Shown in pieces: positions 53,341 through 64,000 of a stretch of DNA of 64,000 bases. Source of the DNA: Octopus vulgaris (lineage: Eukaryota); assembly GCA_951406725.2 (NCBI GenBank), contig OX597824.1, forward strand, positions 60,202,001 to 60,266,000, written 5' to 3'. The position numbers and the translations under genes are program-made. How positions within the stretch are numbered: position 1 is the first letter of the stretch; every line of letters begins with the position of its first letter. The notes below the pieces were generated by a model, which did not search any database, was not told the DNA's origin, and saw only the letters and a program-made list of their open reading frames with translations.

Positions 53341-55074
53341 GCAGAATAATACTATTAATTATTAGTATTGGTAATAATAATTAATAATATTTGTAATAAT
53401 ATTAATAATAAATAAGATAGCTGAAAGCATTGTTGTTTAGCTACAAGTCAGTAAATGTATGCTCAAAGCCATTCCAGAACATGACCATCTCATTTTTATG
53501 TATACCAGAGACTACATTGTCCAACATCAATTTTATTTATTTAAGTGAATAGGTTATGACTTGAAGGAAATTTAGCTGTTATTTCTAGAAAGGTAAGTGA
53601 CCACACAAAAGCTCTCTCATTGACTCATAGGTAATGAGTGTTTTATAATCAGTAAATTAGTGTGAACATATTTAAATAAGATACATATTTAGATAAGATG
53701 TATATTCAAATGAGATAACTAGAAATAGGCAGTGTGATAAAGAAAATATATGCAATGGATTGTTAGTTAGTATTTTACAAATTGTCTCATTACACTGAAG
53801 GTTGTTTTGCTTATGCGCTCAGATTTATACTGAAACATGTCTAGAATTATCTCCCTTATATGTTGTTTTAATTATCTCCCCTTATCTTTTACTGTTGTCA
53901 TTTGAATGATGATACCCGGGACTTATTCTTTGTAAGCCCAGTACTTATTCTATCGGTCTCTTTTGCTACAAACACACACATACATATATATTTATATATA
54001 CGACAGGCTTCTTTCAGTTTCCGTCTACCAAATCCATACAAGGCATTGTTTTGCCCAGATGCCACGCAGTGGGACTGACCCGGAACCATGAGGCTGTTTA
54101 GCAAGCTACTTACCACACAGCCACTCCTGCGCCTATCTTTTTGAGATTTCATATATTAAATATAACCCCAGTATTTCACTGGTGTTGTGTTTATTGTCCC
54201 CAAAATGTTGAAAAGCAAAGATGATGTTGGTGAGATTCAAGAGCAGAATGTAAAGAAGCATAACTAAATACTTCCTGAACTGTTGTTTGCTGGTTTATTG
54301 AATCTGCTAGTCCATTACCATATTAACGCTAACTTATCTATTGTTTTCCATCTCTGAATTATTTTATTTCTGAACAACATTACAATAAAGTTAGATTTTC
54401 TCTTCCAGGTCATAAAATACAAAACTGCTGGGCAACTGCTAACATTTTACAACTGAAGGACTTCTCACTTGCCTGCTACAGTGTACACATAAGCACAGAC
54501 ACACATACATGCATACACACATACACTATAATCAACATCAATATTCTATGACTTCTAACATACCATTAAACTGTATCCTTTTTTTCTCTTTTTCTGGGTT
54601 CCTTACACATGTTTTAATGAACTCTACCCCTTTGAAGTCACCAAAGTTATGTGAATCCCATCTAAACATGCTCAATGTTTCCTTCTATTTTGTCTTTTAC
54701 ATGGCATAAGGCCACTCACAAACACAGTCCAACCTTAGCTCCATGGACATGCTGTCTCCTGTCTCTGCTACTGAAACAACCTCTCCTTCTCTGAGCTAGC
54801 TGGTTTCATGCCACCTCCAATCAGACCCTCCATTTTTCATCAGCCATGCACTATCCACTTCTCCAGCTGCCTTTCCCCACATTAACCACAACACACAGCC
54901 CTTCCTTTTCTGAAAACTGCTTCCTTGGAACTCTCCCCTTGCTTATGTTTTTTCTGCTGGTGTTGGTTTGTAACAGTTTAAGCAAAGTGTTAGTTGCCCT
55001 AATCATATTGGTACCAGGGGGCTTGTAAAGATTCAAACCAATATGAAAAAATTACTCCTCAATCTAATCCCTTT

Positions 55075-55308
55075 AATTAACTGTTACCGTATCAGTCCAC
55101 CTGAGACCACTACTGATCCTTTGATACAAACTTCCTGTTTCAAGGTAAGATAAATTAAAACCTTTCATCAAAACTTCATGTTAAATTATATTTCCAAACG
55201 ACAGATTAATAACAACAAATTTATTTTACAAAATTCTTCTTTACTTTCATAATTAATTGAAATTAAAGGCAATGTATTTCAACAGAAATATGGTAAGAAA
55301 AGAGTTAC
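55075..55308. mobile_element. Degenerate TTAA-type MITE
   Basis: ttaactgttaccgtat .. atatggtaagaaaagagtta. Confidence 0.4.
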
Positions 55309-55639
55309 ATCCTTTCCCCCAACCTTTCATTCTACATTCACAACACTGGTTATTGTTATCTACACACCAAATTCAAACAGACACACAAACATATACACAC
55401 CTATCACTCTGGTAGATCATAAAACCATTGTGGCCACACAATGCAACTCGATTTATGATAATGAATATGAAATTTTGTTTCAGTAATTGTCTTATTGCTC
55501 AAGTATGACAAACATTCTTTGAGCCTGATGAACATCTTTGATGTATCATTTCCATATTCCACATTGGCAGTGAATGAAACTCCATGTACAGACCATGGCT
55601 ATACTCCACTCATGGTGAAGATATTCCACCATATGCTTT

Positions 55640-55784
55640 GGAGATATTACTCACACTCCACACTCAGTGAAGACATTAGTTACATTTCTCACTCAGTGGA
55701 GATATTAATCACACTTCACATGCAGTAGTGAAATTAGTCACACTTCATACTCAGTGGAGCTACTACTCACACTCTACACACAGT
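55640..55784 (+). repeat. Minisatellite, 5 x 29 bp
   Basis: Unit ggagatattactcacactccacactcagt; five contiguous, exact-length, diverged copies. Confidence 0.9.
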
Positions 55785-56389
55785 GGGTGGTTAATATCTG
55801 TGTTAACAATGTATACAGAGATTACTTCAGTGAGACATTAGAAAGTATATTGATACAATTAACTTGTTTTACTTGATAATATGCCATTAGTTGAGCATCA
55901 CTATCCTACAAGTGGGGCTGTTCATTTCCAGTCTTCTTAAAAAAAAACATGTCTAGCCATGGGGAAACAGGTGAAGGCTGGTGACATGACAGGCATCTGG
56001 TTTTAGAAAATCTGCCTCAACAAATCTCATCCTGCCCATGCAGGTATGGAAAAATTGACATTAAATGATGATGATGAAGGTGGTGGTCACAATTTGGAAC
56101 ATCTTTGATCATAAGTATGTACACAGTTGAACTGGGGTTAAATAACACATAGATCATGAGCTATACCTTCCTCTCTTTACCACCACAGCCGCTGCCACAA
56201 CAACAACAACAATAACAACAACTGGTGACATCGGCCAATCTCTGCATGACCCTATTTGGTGATGAGAACCAACTCCAAGTATCATTTCAGTGATTACACA
56301 ATCACTGTCATCGCTGTCATCATTCATTGCCTTTAATTTCTCACCATCTCACCTCAACTTCCTCGTTTAAATACAACACTTACCACCAT

Positions 56390-56453
56390 CACACGCATAC
56401 ACACACATGTATATATGTGTGCCAGTATGTATATATATATATGTGTGTGTGTG

Positions 56454-56535
<82 letters not shown>

Positions 56536-57475
56536 TATATATATATACACACATACATTTATACACACACGCATATACATTCATATATTAAACCATATGT
56601 GTTAGTGTGTGCGTATTTGGATGCCTATGTACATATGTACACACACATACAGACACAAACACATAATTATATGTATGTATATCACCATGAAATACACATT
56701 TTGTCAAAGTATTTAATTCTCACATTTTCTCCTTGGTAAATTCATAGAAGAAGAAGTGTCATTACTGTCCTTGCCATGTCATCAGGAAATGGGACCTCTA
56801 GTGTGTGTGTCTGTGTGTGTGTATGTGTGAGTGTGTGTGATATTGGTGTGTATGCATGAGAGAAAGAGAGAGTGTGTATGTCTGGATGTGTGTGTGTGTG
56901 TGTGATAGTGTGTATATCTGAGCATTTGTATGAATGTGTGTGTGTTTGTGTGTGTGTGTGTGCATCTGAGTGTGTTTATATGTGTGTGTGTGCATATGAG
57001 TGTGTTTATATGTGTGAGTGCCTGTATATGGGTTTAATATATGTATGTCTACATATGTATATCTACATATGTATGTGTTAATGTATTTACAAATACATGC
57101 AAACACACACAAATACAAGTAAATGTACGCAGAAACATCCAAATAAATACACAAATACACATATGCACACAGAAACAAACACAAAAACATACAAATACAC
57201 ACAAAAACATATATTCACACAAATAACAGTAGCATACACAAACACAGACAGAAACTTTCAACCCGCATGCAAATACACGCATGCACAAGCACATACAACT
57301 ATACACATACACACATGCATACACAAACACACACACAGAAACATACAACTGTACACACACACATACGCACACACTCTGGTACAGAAACATGTGTGAATAG
57401 ACACATATATATACATTAATACACAAGCACATAGAGCATACAAAAATACACGCACGCACACGCACACTCACTCAG
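56390..57475. repeat. Compound (TA)/(TG)/(CA) low-complexity region
   Basis: Directly visible; switches from TG-rich to CA-rich near 57080. Confidence 0.9.
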
Positions 57476-57646
57476 ATAAGCATGCATGAATACAAAAAAA
57501 TCCTATACTAAAAGCACATGAAAAGTGTGTAAATATACTCAGTCAATTCCAGCTGCCAGCGATACATCCTGTAATACTGATGATTACTAAAAGTTTACAA
57601 CTGCAAATGGGGGAGATGGAATAGGGTGGAGTAATTACTGAACTTG

Positions 57647-57681
<35 letters not shown>

Positions 57682-57772
57682 TCTAAGTGGATATTTCTAG
57701 TGTAGTGGTGGGGATAATGGGTATGGTGTCGTGGATGTGGTATCTAAAGAGGTTTACTAACAATCTACAGTA

Positions 57773-58008
57773 TAATCATCATTGTCCTCATCTTCCTCCT
57801 TTTCTTCCCCCTCTTCCCCCTCCTCCTCATCATTCTCATCATCATTGCCATCATCATCATTATTACCATCACCTCCCCCACCATCTTTGTCATCATCATT
57901 GTTACTGCCATCATCTCCATCATCATTCTTATCAACATTGTCCTCCTCCTCCTGCTCATCATCATCATCATCAGCAGCAGCAGCAGCATCCTCATCCTCA
58001 TCCTCATA
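57773..58008 (+). repeat. (CAT/CCT)n low-complexity tract
   Basis: Directly visible. Confidence 0.95.
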
Positions 58009-59091
58009 ACCAGAGCCTGATTGGGCTCTATATTTCTGTATATTGCTAGTGAAGCAGTTACTGCTATTTCCCACAGCCAGGTATCTACCATTGACAAGGC
58101 CAAAAGAGGCTGAAATCACGTGATCTGGTAGTTCTGGCAGAGGAAATAACAGTGGTCGTCTACTGCTGACACTAGATATGATGTGCATTTATGCTCTGCA
58201 AAACCATATGAGAGTTTTTTCTCTCTTGGTAAATGTTGTAGTATTTGTGTGTTCTTATGCAACATCCACTTTTAATCAGTGAGATCGTAGCCATGGTGAT
58301 GCCAGTGTTGCATAACCAACCTGTTTAAAAGTATCCTTCAATTGTCAGGCAATATGCTGTGCTTCAGAAGACCTGTTGAGTCAAGGGAAATCGTAGTCCT
58401 GGCTCGCCAGTCCTCAGTCAAATCATCCAACCCATGCTAACATGGAAAACAGACGTTAAACGATGATGATATACACATACAAATATGTTCAAGGGAAGAA
58501 GAACACTCATCTCTTTGAGGTCCAATTTGTTTCTTATTTTATTGACACCCATTAAGATCCAATTGATCTTAGACCTCTTTAACTGCAGATAGGCTAAACC
58601 CAAATTCTATACAGCATATTGTTTCACCATCTTCATAACAGTTAATATTAAAATATTTACTGGTTGCAAAAAGAAATGATTGTGACATATTTGACAGTTT
58701 TATATTTCATCCCTCCACATTTTAAGTTCAAATCCTGCTGGAGCTATCTGACCATTTAATTCTGTAGTGTCATGAAAACCACCAGTAATATACTGGTGTT
58801 CATTCACCTTGTTTGAAATGTATGTACTTAAACAGAACTTAATATTAAGCAGTCATTTTTTTTTAGTAATCAGTGAGATATCTTGCAATGTATCATGTAT
58901 ACCAAATAATGTATATACATACATGTATGTGTATCATGATATATGTATGAGATATATAATGTATATGAAATGTGTGTACTTGTAAGATATTTCCCTATTT
59001 TTCGCATGCTGCACTGCTAGAAATAATACTTTTAAAACCATATTGTAAATAAACTATCTTATAAACTTTTTTTTTTTTTTGTATATAATAT

Positions 59092-59480
59092 AGGCGTAGG
59101 AGTGGCTGTGTGGTAAGTAGCTTGTTTACCAACCACATGGTTCTGGGTTCAGTCCCACTGCGTGGCACCTTGGGCAGGTGTCTTCTACTATAGCCTCAGG
59201 CCGACCAAAGCCTTGTGAGTGGATTTGGTAGACGGAAACTGAAAGAAGCCCGTCGTATATATGTATATATATATGTATGTGTTTGTGTGTCTGTGTTTGT
59301 CCCTCTAACATTGCCTGACAATCGATGCTGGTGTGTTTATGTCCCCGTCACTTAGTGGTTCGGCTAAAGAGACCGATAGAATAAGTACTGGGCTTACAAA
59401 GAATAAGACCCGGGGTCGAGTTGCTCGATTAAAGGCGGTGCTCCAGCATGGCCGCAGTCAAATGACTGAAACAAGTAAAA
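59092..59480 (+). mobile_element. Full-length tRNA-derived SINE (family A, most abundant)
   Basis: A box tggctgtgtgg, B box ggttcagtcc, ccttgggca(a/g)g core-like motif, internal microsatellite. Copies or fragments at ~7529-7915, 22070-22420, 24940-25060, 30610-30830, 31595-31730, 37680-37830, 39545-39940, 46740-46950, 53890-54135, 60555-60732 and 61215-61620. Confidence 0.9.
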
Positions 59481-59514
59481 AAAAAATTTTTTAAACCTTG
59501 GTCTGGTTTTCTTT

Positions 59515-59550
<36 letters not shown>

Positions 59551-59890
59551 TACACTGACCTTAATTCTGCAAATGGAAAAGAAAAATGAATCATCCCTTG
59601 ACAACTAGTGTATTAATTTTTCCCCCTTTTAAACTTACGGCTGTCTTCTAGTATCCTCTCATTGGTGTGGGTGGGTAGATCTATGATCAAAAATTTCCTG
59701 TTACCATCCGTATCTTTTTTTCACTTTCAGAATTAGTATGTCTAGGATGACATTATCGAATGTCTTTCTTGTATTATGTAACTCACTTCACCCAGTCGCC
59801 ATAGTTACAAGATCTGAGAATTTCATCTGCTAGAAATAGCAACCAAATCTCAAACCACAGATAGAACATATTTGGGTAGCATGTTCCTAT

Positions 59891-60303
59891 TGTTATTATT
59901 ATTGTTCGACCGTGGTCGAGACAATGGAATTTACCATGCTACGCCAGACTTCACGGTCCATCATGGCATTACGGAGGTCCTGTTGCTGGATGCCTGTATC
60001 CCTGGAGATTACATCAGGGTAGGAGAGTGGGTGTTTGTTTGGTGTTGTTTGGTTGGGAGCTGACTCTTCTCCATCAGGTGATACCCATCTGTTAAGATTG
60101 AGGGCATCACCGTCAATGGATGCCCTTGGAGGTGCAACGTGATCAGAGACAGGACCCGGCAAAGCAGGGGCTGGACCTACATCTGCAAGTATACCATTAG
60201 GTCTGGTTTCCTGGGGAAGAGGAACCCTGGTGCAGTTAATTGTAAATTCCATGGTCTTTTCAAATGGCTAATAATGTGTGTGCGTGCGACTACTACACAC
60301 TAC
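59891..60303 (-). mobile_element. 413-bp bipartite RTE-derived mini-element with 14-bp TSD and 117-aa ORF
   Basis: TSD tagcatgttcctat at 59877-59890 and 60304-60317. The ORF ends PLSYPDVISRDTG..DLRNAMMDREVWRSMV, an RTE-like C-terminus, followed by a short (TAA)n tail. Confidence 0.75.
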
Positions 60304-60929
60304 TAGCATGTTCCTATATTTACAATGATCACAACTGGCACTTTTTTTTTATCAAGACTGATCTAGAGTTGAGCAGTAACAGGTTCTCTCAAATTCCACA
60401 TAGCTTTGACAATTTCGTAAAGTGATTCACTAGGTTCAGGTTAGTGTTATATCTAAATACAATTAGAAATGTGGGATAAATCTAGAACTGAATCAAAGAC
60501 CTTTTAATCTCACAACTCTTTCTCTCTCTCTCTCTTTCGGAGAGGCACTGAGCAGCTATACGCACACATACACACACGGCAGTAACTTCCACCTACCGAA
60601 TTCAATCACAAAGCTGCAGTCGGCTCGGGGCTGTAGTGGAAGACACCTACCCAAAGTGCCACGCAGTGGGACTGAACCCGAAACCATGTAGCTGGGAAGC
60701 AAGCTCCCTAACCACACAGCCATGCCCGCACCTACTTTATGCTTTGCAATATCTATATCACTTTCTTCTCTATCCTTCTCGTATTCGTATACATACTGAT
60801 CGATGATTTCAATGGCATATCCATAAATATTCATAGTTAGCATCTGCTGGATTAAAATAAAAGTGTATATGGTGTGTTGAATAATCTGCTTAGTTGATAA
60901 TGTCATCTTAAGGAATAAGAGTTCATATC

Positions 60930-61124
60930 CTGTGCAGGTGGCACGTAAAAAGCACCCACTACACTTGCGGAGTGGTTGGCGTTAGGAAGGGCATCCAGCC
61001 GTAGAAACTCTGCCAGATCAGACTGGAGCCTGGAGCAGCCCCTGGCTTCCCAGACCCCGGTCGAACCGTCCAACCTGTGCTAGCGCAGAAAACGGACGTT
61101 AAACGATGATGATGATGATGATGA

Positions 61125-61128
<4 letters not shown>
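60930..61128 (+). mobile_element. RTE 3'-UTR fragment with (GAT)n tail
   Basis: Matches the 3' UTR of the 17367 RTE. Other copies at ~3895-3955, 4395-4740, 7195-7470, 21715-22070, 29817-29966 and 58290-58470. Confidence 0.85.
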
Positions 61129-61174
<46 letters not shown>

Positions 61175-61704
61175 TGATGATGATGATGATGATGATAATG
61201 ATATATATATATACAGGTGCAGACATGGCTGTGTAGTAAGAAACTTGCTTCTCAACCACATAGTTCTGGGATCAGTCCCACTGTGTGGCACCTTGGGCAA
61301 GTATCTTCTACTATAGCCTCAGGCCGACCAAAATCTTGTGAGTGGTTTGGGTGGAAAGAAACTGAAAGAAGCTTATCATATATGTATATATGTATATATC
61401 TATGTGTGTGTGTCTCCATGCCTGTATTTGTCACCACTACTTGACAACCGGTGGTGATGTGTTTATATCCCCATAACTTAGTGCTTTGGCAAAAGAGACT
61501 GATAGAACAAGTACTAGACTTCAAAAAAATAAGTCCTAAGGTTGATTTGTTTGACTAAAACCCTTCAAGGCGGTGCCCCTGCATGGCCACAGTCAAATGG
61601 CTGAGACAAATAAAAGATAAAAGACACACACACACACAAACACACACACACAAACAAACAAACAAACAAACAAACAAACAAATATATATATGTATATATA
61701 ATCA

Positions 61705-63400
61705 TTCTGTAACAATGAACAGACTGCAACTTCAGAATATTTCATCGCAGGTTAAAGCACCAGACTCTGCTATAAATATACATACTTACATAATGAAATT
61801 TGGTGAGTCCAAACGTGCATTTTTAACAATAAAATGTAGAAAAGTTGTGTTTGCTCCTGAAACTCTAAAAATGAATGGCTTCACAATACACCCTCAACAG
61901 ACAGGTGACAATTATAGTTATCTTGGACAAGATGAGAATATCAAATATGATGAACCCATAAATAACGAGAGGACCAGGAATGAATACTTTCAGAGAGTAA
62001 AAATAATATGGGCATCAGAACTCTCAGCTTACAACAAGCTTATTGCACTGTCTGTCCTCATTCCTACATTTGGCCTTCTGAATTGGTTATCACAAGAACT
62101 CAATGTGATTGATGTTTGAACTTGTAAGCTGTTCAGTATTACAGGAAACTTCAATATTAATGGTGTTGTAGACAGGCTATACTTCTCACACAAGGTGGGT
62201 GATTGTGGTCTCAAATGTGTATTGATGTCATATGAAGCAGTATTGTGGCTCTGAAACAACATCTACAGCAGAAGAAAGAGACCAATAAACTATCTTGCTC
62301 AAGTTTGTGACCATGAAATGCATGAAATAAAAGCTGATACAGATCTCTCCCCAAGGAGCATTGATAAAATCTGTTTATCAGAAGAGTAAAATAAAAAAAT
62401 AGACCAGTTCACCCAGAAGATAGTACATGGGTACTTTGGCATGAAAAACACAAACTGTGCAAAGGACTGATGATGTCAAAAGCTTGGCATGGTATACTGA
62501 CAAATTTATGACATCCCTCTTCAAATTCTACTTCCATGTAATTAAGAACACAAGATCCCCACCAAGTACTACAGCATAAAATACAGAAAGCATTGCTGGA
62601 CAACTAATGTAGGCTATGCAAGACTAAAACTGAAGACATTCTCTCACAGTTGGCAATACTGTAATTGATGTCTTCAGTTTTAGTCTTGCATAGCCTACAT
62701 TAGTTGTCCAGCAATGCTTTCTGTATTTTATGCTGTAGTACTTGGTGGGGATCTTGTGTTCTTAATTACATGGAAGTGGAATTTGAAGGGGGATGTCATA
62801 AATTTGTCAGTACACCATGCCAAGCTTTTGACATCATCAGTCCTTTGCACAGTTTGTGTTTTTCATGCCAAAGTACCCATGTACTGCCAACTGTGAGAGA
62901 ATGTCTTCCTGATATTATCTTCCCATGAGACATGATGCAGTGGCCTGAACAGTCTGGAACAGGATAACCAAAAAGAAAAAAACCTACAGACAAAGTTGAT
63001 TATATTCAATCTATGGGTCAAAAGATTATTGGTGGAATCTGAAAATTCAAACAGCCACCATTAAAACACAGTCAGCCAGATATTGTTGTGTAAGACCACA
63101 AGGAAAAGATCTGTTCTGTTGTGGAAATCAGCATCCTTCTGGACGCCAATGTACTTAGAAAAAGACAAGAGAAAGAGGACATCTAGGGATCATTTATAAG
63201 GAGTTTGCAAATCCAGTATCCAAGATAAACTTTCAGCTTCATAGCTATCATAATCGGAGCAACAGGATACATATCAACCCATTTGAAGCAAAGTATGACT
63301 GAACTTGGGATCCTTAATTCATACACTACAAGTGATCTCAATATCTGAGACTATAAAAATTTACAAAACCTTCTTAATATTTAAAGGATGATGGACAACA
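61705..63400 (+). mobile_element. Degenerate RLE-type LINE (second family) with internal inverted duplication
   Basis: MKFGESK, YSYLGQDE, DRLYFSHKVG..GL, CRLCK..TED, RHDAVA, QPDIVV.D..VEIS, IIGATG. Confidence 0.8.
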
Positions 63401-64000
63401 CAAGATGCTTTCCTTTGCAACCTTGCTACGAAGTAGGTGGCCAGTCAAAATTTATTCTAAACTAGCTGAATAGCCTGTCATTGCTGAGCAATTTTTACAA
63501 TAGAATGTCTTATATAAATTTTTGTTTATTCCCTGTCAGACCATATCTTCCCCAACAGATAGGCCTCTTGATCAGGACAGATTTGTGCAGTTTTTTCACA
63601 AAAAACTTTGAGGACTTTTTCCTTTTTAAATTATTTACATATCTGTTCAACTGTTTCACACTATGCCACCACATTTCCCTCACACTAACACTCTTTGCAC
63701 CCTTCTCTTTTTATTAAATAATCACCCCCCCCCCAGGGGGCCCATTATAGACTTTTATTGAAATTCAGTTAGCTTATAATTGAACTGGATGTTAGCTTAA
63801 CATGTGAGCAAAGTTTTGTCAAGATTGGTTCACTGTGGTAGACAGTAAGATGGTAACTGACTGATCAACAGACAGAAATTGACATTTATGTATAAGATTA
63901 AAAAGAGAAAATGCACGCACGCACACATACACACACACACACACACACGCACGCACACACAGATTAACCACATATGATGACAAAATAGATAGAACTCAGT

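Noticed and set aside
55640-55784. CRISPR-like array
   Set aside because: Units are contiguous with no unique spacers; eukaryotic context; no cas genes.
57687-58188. Poly-His, poly-Asp/Glu, poly-Met and poly-Ser ORFs
   Set aside because: Translations of a (CAT/CCT)n tract open in several frames; no splice context.
59092-59170. tRNA gene
   Set aside because: The tRNA-like head continues into a SINE body with many decayed copies; no clean cloverleaf.

Overview
AT-rich, microsatellite-dense eukaryotic DNA. The repeat families look like octopus/cephalopod; this is an inference, not database-checked. One host gene is supported: three + strand exons (32868-33002, 40186-40273, 46284-46700) splice in frame to a FAM161A/B-like C-terminus, and its upstream exons were not found. 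The rest is mostly transposon debris: RTE, CR1-like and R4/Dong-like LINEs, three or four tRNA-derived SINE families, mariner, hAT and piggyBac relics, MITEs, a Helitron-like element, a probable solo LTR and a Penelope GIY-YIG relic. The most notable signal is a set of unrelated short non-coding elements carrying type-I hammerhead ribozyme cores. These have palindromic stem III (CGATCG, CTAG, CCRATYGG), and most have an unusually long stem II. Several are head-to-head inverted pairs inside or upstream of the gene. Also present are many fold-back inversions, a TSD-flanked 413-bp bipartite RTE mini-element with an intact ORF, and a stop codon apparently supplied by an interspersed repeat. Most ORFs in the supplied track are microsatellite translations. 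Repeat boundaries are approximate unless a motif is quoted.
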